A stretch of 63,966 bases of DNA, counting the filler, from an uncultured bacterium (GTDB lineage: Bacteria > CAYJRR01), in assembly GCA_964372275.1 (NCBI GenBank). It is 4 parts of 4 records of this genome, joined end to end, with 100 filler letters (N's around TTAATTAATTAA, not from the genome) between each part and the next. Parts side by side here need not be neighbours in the genome. Positions count along the whole stretch, not along the records: positions 41,216 to 61,262 come from CAYJRR010000084.1; positions 61,363 to 63,966 come from CAYJRR010000225.1; 2 more parts are not named here. The stretch is one strand, 5' to 3'. Of the stretch, positions 58,409 through 63,966 are shown one piece after another. Position numbers and translations under genes: made by a program. The first letter of the stretch is position 1. Each line of letters starts with the position of its first letter. Under the pieces are notes generated by a model. That model was not told the origin of the DNA. It searched no databases and was given only the letters and a program-made list of their open reading frames with translations.

Positions 58409-59235
58409 CCCTTGTCGAGGCGCGCCGGGTCGAACAGCGAATCGTCGAACGTCGGGGCGAGGTCGGCCGATTCGACGTCGATCACCGTGCGGTGCCCGTC
58501 GATCCGGTTCGTCATCTCCAGGCGCAGCGGAACGACGATCGACCCGTTCCGCTTCACGCGCGCCGGATCGACGGCCAGTCGCTTGGTCTCGATCCCGTTG
58601 CGGTCGAAGTAGCGGACCTGCACCGTGAAGTAGTCCTCACGGGTGACGTAGGCGACGGTCCGGCCGTACGCGGACGGTTCGCCGGCAACGGGCGTCGCTT
58701 CGATGACGTAGCACGGCCGGCCGTCGAGCGTTTCGTCCGGGAGGCGTTTCCAGCTCGCGTGATCCAGGTCGCGCACCGACAGGTCTTCGTAGCTGAAGTC
58801 GCTCCCCAGGAAGGCGCCGCTCCGTTGGCCTCCGGTGATCCGGCGGACCCGTCGCAGACCCGGGAGGTAGAGGTGCTGGGTCGATTCGCCACGCTCCGCT
58901 CGCGTCAGAAGCACCGTGCCCGCCACCTCTTTCGGGGCGAGAAGATCCAGCCGCGTATCGGAGCCGTTCGAGGCGGGCCGTTCCCGGCGTGACAGGAGAA
59001 GCGTCCGTGCGCGCCCGGTCGCCGGTCCACCCGGATCGAAGAGCGTCATCGTCGCCTTCTGCCGCAGCGCGGCCGGGCGGCGGGCGGCCTCGGCCCGCTC
59101 CGCGATCTCACGCGCCGAACGATCCGTCCCCGCGGCCGCAGTCCCCTGCGAGGAGGACGCGGGCGAGCCCGCCCGGCTCATCGGCGCGATCAGGCCGCAG
59201 GCGAGGGCGAGGAGGATCCCGAACGACGGGCGCAC
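58405..59235 (-). CDS. Outer-membrane lipoprotein-sorting (LolA-like) protein
   Basis: Signal peptide; LYLPGLRRVRRI...FLGSDFSYEDL; CYVIEATP. Confidence 0.87.
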   Translation of the reverse strand: MRPSFGILLALACGLIAPMSRAGSPASSSQGTAAAGTDRSAREIAERAEAARRPAALRQKATMTLFDPGGPATGRARTLLLSRRERPASNGSDTRLDLLAPKEVAGTVLLTRAERGESTQHLYLPGLRRVRRITGGQRSGAFLGSDFSYEDLSVRDLDHASWKRLPDETLDGRPCYVIEATPVAGEPSAYGRTVAYVTREDYFTVQVRYFDRNGIETKRLAVDPARVKRNGSIVVPLRLEMTNRIDGHRTVIDVESADLAPTFDDSLFDPARLDKG

Positions 59236-59251
59236 GCCGGGGAGTATAGTT

Positions 59252-60739
59252 CTATCGCAGGGCGTCCCGCGCGCGCGACTCGAACAGGCCGACCGCGACG
59301 AGCAGGACCGACCCGATCATCACCGAGTAGAGGACGATCGACAGCGGCAGGGCGATCCATCGGGTGGCGCCGATCGATCGGTCGGGCGCCATCAACATCA
59401 TCGGAAACATGGCGAAGCTGTTGCAACAGCAGAAGGTGTAGACGACCGTCCCCCCGAAGGTCGCGGCGACCGCCACCGCGCTCTTGGCAAAGATCGTCGA
59501 GAACAGGATGCCGGTCGAGATCATCAGCAGCGACACCAGCACCGAGGTGACCGACGCCCACATCCAGGTCTCCTCCATGCGCATGAAGCCGAGGAGGAAC
59601 GGGACGGCGGTGAGGGGCAGCGCGCGGGCGCAGGCCCCCAGGAACTTCCCCATCACCACGGTCGTTCCGGGGGACGGAATCAGGAGCAATGCCGCGATGG
59701 CGCCCGACTCCTTCTCCCCGCTCACGCTCAAGGCTCCGAGCACGCCTCCGGCTACCGCCGGCAACACGACCGTCGCGCTTCCCAACGCCGTCCGGAGACC
59801 GTCGTCGGAGACCCACATGGCGGCGACCAGGCATCCGACCGAGGCGAGCGTGATCAGGGCGAGGAAGCCGGCGACGCGACGGCTTCCGCCGCCGTTCAGC
59901 TCGCGCCAGAAGATCGGATGGTCGCCGACCGGGCGGCTCCGCCGCACCGCCGTCGATCCCACGCGCGTGCGGTCGAGGAGGCGCGAGACGCTGGGAGGGG
60001 AGAGCAGGAACAGGCCGGCGCCGAGTCCCAGCAGCAGCGACACTGCGAGCGAGGCCGCCGCGGCGTTCCACCACGGATGGACGGAGAGCCCCTGGGTACG
60101 GAGGCTCCGGAACAAGGCCACGTGCAGAAGCCACTCCTCGAAGCCGGTCGGGAACAGGACGTCCCCCCACCACTGGACGGTCAGGTAGCCGATCGCCAGG
60201 AGGTAGCTCAGCACCAGCGCGACGCCGCTGCTCCGCGTCGCCGCCGACGAGAAGACCCCCACCGCGACCAGGAGCACGGTCGTCGCAGCCGACAGCCCGA
60301 GTGTGGCGAAGATGCTTCCGACCGCGATCCCGCCGAACAGCGTCCAGACGAACAGGAACGGGACCTCGGACGCGACGAGCAGCGCCGGCAGCGCGGCCGC
60401 GCCCAGGAGCTTGCCGACGGTGAAGGTCGCTCCGCGGATCGACGCCAGCCGGAGGAGGTCGATCGTGCCACGCTCGCGCTCGACCGCGATCGTCGAGGCC
60501 GAGAAGGCGGGGGCGGCGGCGATCAGCAGGAGGAACTGGACCCAGACGAAGACCTGGTAGAGCCCCTCGGCGACGCTCTTGGCCGAATAGAGGCGCTCCG
60601 AGAGGATCAGGAGCTGGACCAGCAGCGGCAGCGTGAGCAGGCAGAGCAGCGCCAGGGTCGCCAGTCGCAGCCACAGGGTGCGGCGACGGCGCGAGAGCGA
60701 GGTCAGCTCCTTGCGGAGGAGCGGGAGAAGGGAGCTCAC
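59252..60739 (-). CDS. ABC-2 type transporter permease (duplicated domain)
   Basis: LLRKEL...RRRR; IAVERERGTIDLL...GKL; PIFWREL; SGEKESGA...GKF. Confidence 0.85.
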   Translation of the reverse strand: MSSLLPLLRKELTSLSRRRRTLWLRLATLALLCLLTLPLLVQLLILSERLYSAKSVAEGLYQVFVWVQFLLLIAAAPAFSASTIAVERERGTIDLLRLASIRGATFTVGKLLGAAALPALLVASEVPFLFVWTLFGGIAVGSIFATLGLSAATTVLLVAVGVFSSAATRSSGVALVLSYLLAIGYLTVQWWGDVLFPTGFEEWLLHVALFRSLRTQGLSVHPWWNAAAASLAVSLLLGLGAGLFLLSPPSVSRLLDRTRVGSTAVRRSRPVGDHPIFWRELNGGGSRRVAGFLALITLASVGCLVAAMWVSDDGLRTALGSATVVLPAVAGGVLGALSVSGEKESGAIAALLLIPSPGTTVVMGKFLGACARALPLTAVPFLLGFMRMEETWMWASVTSVLVSLLMISTGILFSTIFAKSAVAVAATFGGTVVYTFCCCNSFAMFPMMLMAPDRSIGATRWIALPLSIVLYSVMIGSVLLVAVGLFESRARDALR

Positions 60740-60750
60740 GGGCGGAGCCC

Positions 60751-60795
60751 CCAGGGGGTCTCGGGGGAGCCCCCCGAAGTGCGCGAAGCGCGTGA
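60751..60795 (+). repeat. REP-like two-hairpin repeat (diverged)
   Basis: CCAGGGGGTCTCGGGGGAGCCCCCCGAAGTGCGCGAAGCGCGTGA. Confidence 0.5.
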
Positions 60796-60818
60796 CGATC
60801 CGCGGAAGCGCGAGCCGC

Positions 60819-61262
60819 TCACTGCGGCTGCTTCTGGATCAGCGCGTTGGCCTGGGCGATCTTGTTCCGCAGCGTCTTGGAACGCGCGTCCGCCTCGTTC
60901 CCGATGAACTCGATGGCGATCGACCAGCTGTCGATCGCCCGCTGGTAGTCGCCGCTGTCGTAGTGGAGCGCACCGGACTTCTCGTAGTCCTGGACCTTCT
61001 GCTCGATCTCCCGGTTGACGGCCTCCAGCCGGACCGAGCAGGAGAGACACGTCGGTTCGACGCGGAGCGCCTCCTTGAACGCCGAGCGCGCGGCGATCAG
61101 GTTCTTCGAGACGCGATTCGAATCGCCGATGTCGAGGTAGTACTGCGCCGCCTTGGTGATGCGCGAATCGTCGACCGGCGTGCCGATCGCCGGCGGCGCC
61201 GGAGGGGGGACCGGTTCGTTCGTGGCCCGGCGCTCCGACCTCGTCGTCCGCCGGGCGCCCGT
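60819..61262 (-). CDS. TPR-containing protein, C-terminal fragment (5' truncated; absent from ORF track)
   Basis: Manual translation is open to the contig edge: ...AAQYYLDIGD...AARSAFKEALRVEPTC...GALHYDSGDYQRAIDSWSIA...QKQPQ*. Confidence 0.72.
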   Translation of the reverse strand, partial: TGARRTTRSERRATNEPVPPPAPPAIGTPVDDSRITKAAQYYLDIGDSNRVSKNLIAARSAFKEALRVEPTCLSCSVRLEAVNREIEQKVQDYEKSGALHYDSGDYQRAIDSWSIAIEFIGNEADARSKTLRNKIAQANALIQKQPQ

Positions 61263-61362
61263 NNNNNNNNNNNNNNNNNNNNNNNNNNNNNNNNNNNNNN
61301 NNNNNNTTAATTAATTAANNNNNNNNNNNNNNNNNNNNNNNNNNNNNNNNNNNNNNNNNNNN
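61263..61362. other. Artificial contig-joining spacer
   Basis: N44-TTAATTAATTAA-N44. Confidence 0.97.
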
Positions 61363-63966
61363 GGAAGCTCTTATGGGCGCTGAGGTTCGTCAGCGCCGAG
61401 AAATAGGCGGTGGGGGAGGAACGGTCTACGTTGAAGATCGGCCCCAGTTCGTCCGATTCCTGGTTGCCCGCGGCGTCCTTGGCCCTGACGTTGAAGCGAT
61501 ACCTTCGGCCATGGGTCCAGGCGGGGACGGAAGCGAAAGTCCAAACCCCCGACGAGGCGCCGACGAAATTGACGGCCGTGTAGGTCGAACCGATCCAAGA
61601 GGAGCCGTTCCAATAGAGGTCGTCGCCGTCCTCCAGAATATTGGCGTTGAAGTCGCGAATCTGGAGCTCGACCAGGGAGATCTGGCCCAGGCCCCCGGCG
61701 GATTGCGCAGTCCAGGTAATGGAAGCCAGGCTCGTATAGAGCGCGCCGCACGAGACGTGATTGACGAAGGAGCTTGGCTGGCTCGTCGTATAAGTGAACG
61801 TCCTCGAGCTCGTCAGGGCCACGAAGGCGCTTTGCTGGTTGCCCGCCAAATCGGTCGCCCGCGCCAGCACCAAATATCGGAAATCGGAATCCCACGTGAC
61901 CGCGTAGCTCCACGACCCCGCGGGGCCGTTCGTCGCCAGCCAATTCGGGCAGTTGCCCGGCGTCCCGAAGTTTGTCCCCGTGTAGCAGTTCGTCGTCCCG
62001 AGCTTTTGTATGGACACCGCGAGCGTCGACACCCCGACTCCGCCCGCGTCGGTGGATCCCCCCGCCAGCGTGATCGCCACGTTCGTCGAAAGGTCCACCG
62101 TCGGCATCGTGATCGTCGCCGTCGGCGCGACGACGTCATAAGTGAAGGTGAAGTCCTGCGTGCGGATATTGGCCCCCACGGCGCGGTCCGTCGTCCTCAG
62201 CCTCACCTTATAAGTCTTGTTCTGCTCCATGACCGAGACGGGCAGGTTGAAATGCCATGTGTCCGGCGAGCCCAGGGTATAGCTGTTGGTGCTCCGGTAC
62301 GTCCCGAGCGCCCCCGTGAAGCTCGTCCCGTTGTACCAGGCCGTCGCGTTCTCGTCCGCCGAGTTCGACGAGATCCCGACCTCCACGCTCGCGATCCCCG
62401 CCGGCGCGTCCACGGCCGTGCCCGTGATCGAGGAGTGGCTCAGGTTATAGTAGCTGGTTCCCGCCGTCAGGATGAAGTTCGTGATGTTGGCCGTGGCGAT
62501 CGACAAATCGAAGGTCACGGTTTTGGAGCTCGCATTGACCCCGGTCGTGGCAAACTGGTCCTGGAGGTTGCCGGCCCGGTCCGAGGAACGCGCCACGATG
62601 AAGTAGGTCTTGTCGTGCTCCCAGACGGGCAGCCCCGAGTTCCTGATCCATGTCCCGGAGGTCGCCGTCACCGCCGTCGTCGAGGCCGCAAGCCACGTAA
62701 GCGCCCCCCAGCCCCCGCCCGTCCAGTAATTGCTGTCCGAGGCCCTCTGGATGGTCAGCTCCACCTTGTCCGTCTGGGCGCTGGCCTTGGTCGCGTCGTC
62801 AAAGCCGGGGTTGTCCAGGGTCGTCCCAGTGATCTGCGCCAGCGAGGACACCGTCGAGAGGTGCACCGGTCCCGTGATCGTCGTCGAGGGCTTCGAGACG
62901 TCGTAGATGAAGGTCGAGCCCCGGACGCTGAAGTAGGCCTCGAGGTTGCCGTTGTCGTCCGCGTTGTCCAAGCCCGCGGTGGTGATGTAATAGGTCACGC
63001 CGTTGGTCAGATCCGAGCTCGCCGGCAAGTCCGAGCCCGTGAGCGTCCAGGAATCAGGATGCACGTTGTTGACGTTCACGCTCGAGACCGCCGCCACCCA
63101 GTCCAACACCGGGCCCGTCCACCAAAAACCGTCCGTCAAACGCTGGATCCGCATGTAAACGTTGGTCACCGTCCCGCTCGAGGCGGGCGAGACGGGGGCG
63201 GGCATATCGTCGAGCGTGCCCGAGATCGACGGCAGGGAGTTGACGTAAGCGTTGCCCTGCGGCGGGAAGCTTAAGGCCGTCTCGGGCGGCACGTTGTCAA
63301 AGGTGCTGTCGGTCGTGGAATACGTCACCTCGTAGTTGCCCGCGTCGTCGCGCGCCCGCGTGATGAAGCGGTAGCGCTTGCCCGCCGTGAACACGCCGCT
63401 CGAGACCGACCAATTGGCCCAACCGGCGGTTTCCTGCTTGGCCGTAAACCACGCCGTCTCCATGTTCGCCGGCAGGATGTCGAAGTTCGCCCCCTGCGTC
63501 ACGGGGTTCCAGAATCCCGTGGAGCCTAGGTCCTGCATGCGCATCTGAACCGTGGCCACGACCCCGGGCGCCGTGTCCTCCGCCGTGCCGGACAAAAGCG
63601 CCAGGCTCCTCGAGCGGTCATTGACCGGCTTTTGGATCGTGGTGTTGGGGCCTCCGGTCTCGTAGGTGAAGGTGTTGGAGCTCGTGCCCACGACGAACAG
63701 CGATTGGACGTTGCCCGCGAGATCCGTCGCGCGCGCCGTGACCCGGTACTGGAACCCGGCGTCCCAATTCACCGCGTACGTCCATGCCGTGATCGGGCCG
63801 TTCGTCGCCAGCCAGTTCGGGCAGTTCCCGGACGTTGCGAAGTTCGTCCCCGTATAGCAGTTAGTCGTCCCGAGCTTTTGTATGGACACCGCGAGCGTCG
63901 ACACCCCCACGCCGCCCGCGTCGGTGGATCCCCCCGCCAGCGTGATCGCCACGTTCGTCGAAAGGT
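61363..63966 (-). CDS. Internal fragment of a very large Ig-like repeat surface protein (both ends truncated)
   Basis: Open throughout. About 7 beta-sandwich repeats, each with GT..D...V...I......YW.G..W......W......Y.V..RA.D.AGN; rich in Thr/Ser. Confidence 0.88.
61923..62094. repeat. Intragenic direct repeat, near-identical to 63795-63966
   Basis: Both copies encode AITLAGGSTDAGGVGVSTLAVSIQKLGTTNCYTGTNF..NCPNWLATNGP; offset 1872 nt. Confidence 0.9.

Noticed and set aside
20545-61362. TTAATTAATTAA palindromes flanked by N runs as biological elements
   Set aside because: Three identical N44-12mer-N44 blocks are artificial contig linkers. Adjacencies across them (cyclase/SBBP, scpA/thiE, TPR/Ig protein) are not real neighbourhoods.
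27-63274. Many long Arg/Pro/Gly-rich ORFs in the track (e.g. 2249..4786-, 6444..8804+, 29641..32052-, 48857..51448+, 61373..63274+)
   Set aside because: Shadow frames of real genes in stop-poor high-GC DNA; no recognisable motifs.
1-63966. tRNA, rRNA, transposase, integrase, prophage or defence genes
   Set aside because: None recognised by eye; short ncRNAs cannot be excluded without a covariance-model search.

Overview
High-GC bacterial DNA, probably from a draft genome or MAG of a Myxococcota/deltaproteobacterium-like organism (inferred from the TIGR02266-style PilZ protein, AgmC-like lipoproteins and MshEN/GAF proteins). The window is not contiguous. It holds four contigs (1-20544, 20645-41115, 41216-61262, 61363-63966) joined by artificial N44-TTAATTAATTAA-N44 spacers, plus a 100-N gap at 38241-38340. 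Housekeeping genes include mnmG, pal/cpoB, xseA, an IscS-like desulfurase, scpA, thiE, an MltD-like transglycosylase, sppA and rnr. The strongest candidate for an undescribed system is a divergent cell-surface locus at about 20.7-29.4 kb. Rightward are three tandem Tat-lipoprotein Rieske-fold paralogs with non-canonical metal-ligand spacing. Leftward are three paralogous 8-Cys secreted proteins, two di-haem (DHOR-family) proteins and an FN3/SBBP lipoprotein. Other points of interest: a secreted Bacillus Tgl-like transglutaminase behind a sigma-54 promoter; a PAD-like enzyme lacking its catalytic His; an RpoD paralog with altered promoter-recognition residues downstream of an RHH gene with a near-consensus sigma-70 promoter; a dispersed two-hairpin REP-like repeat; and many genes with a -10 box 6-10 nt before the start codon (apparently leaderless). 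I recognised no rRNA, tRNA, CRISPR array or transposase. All family assignments are by-eye motif recognition, not database hits.
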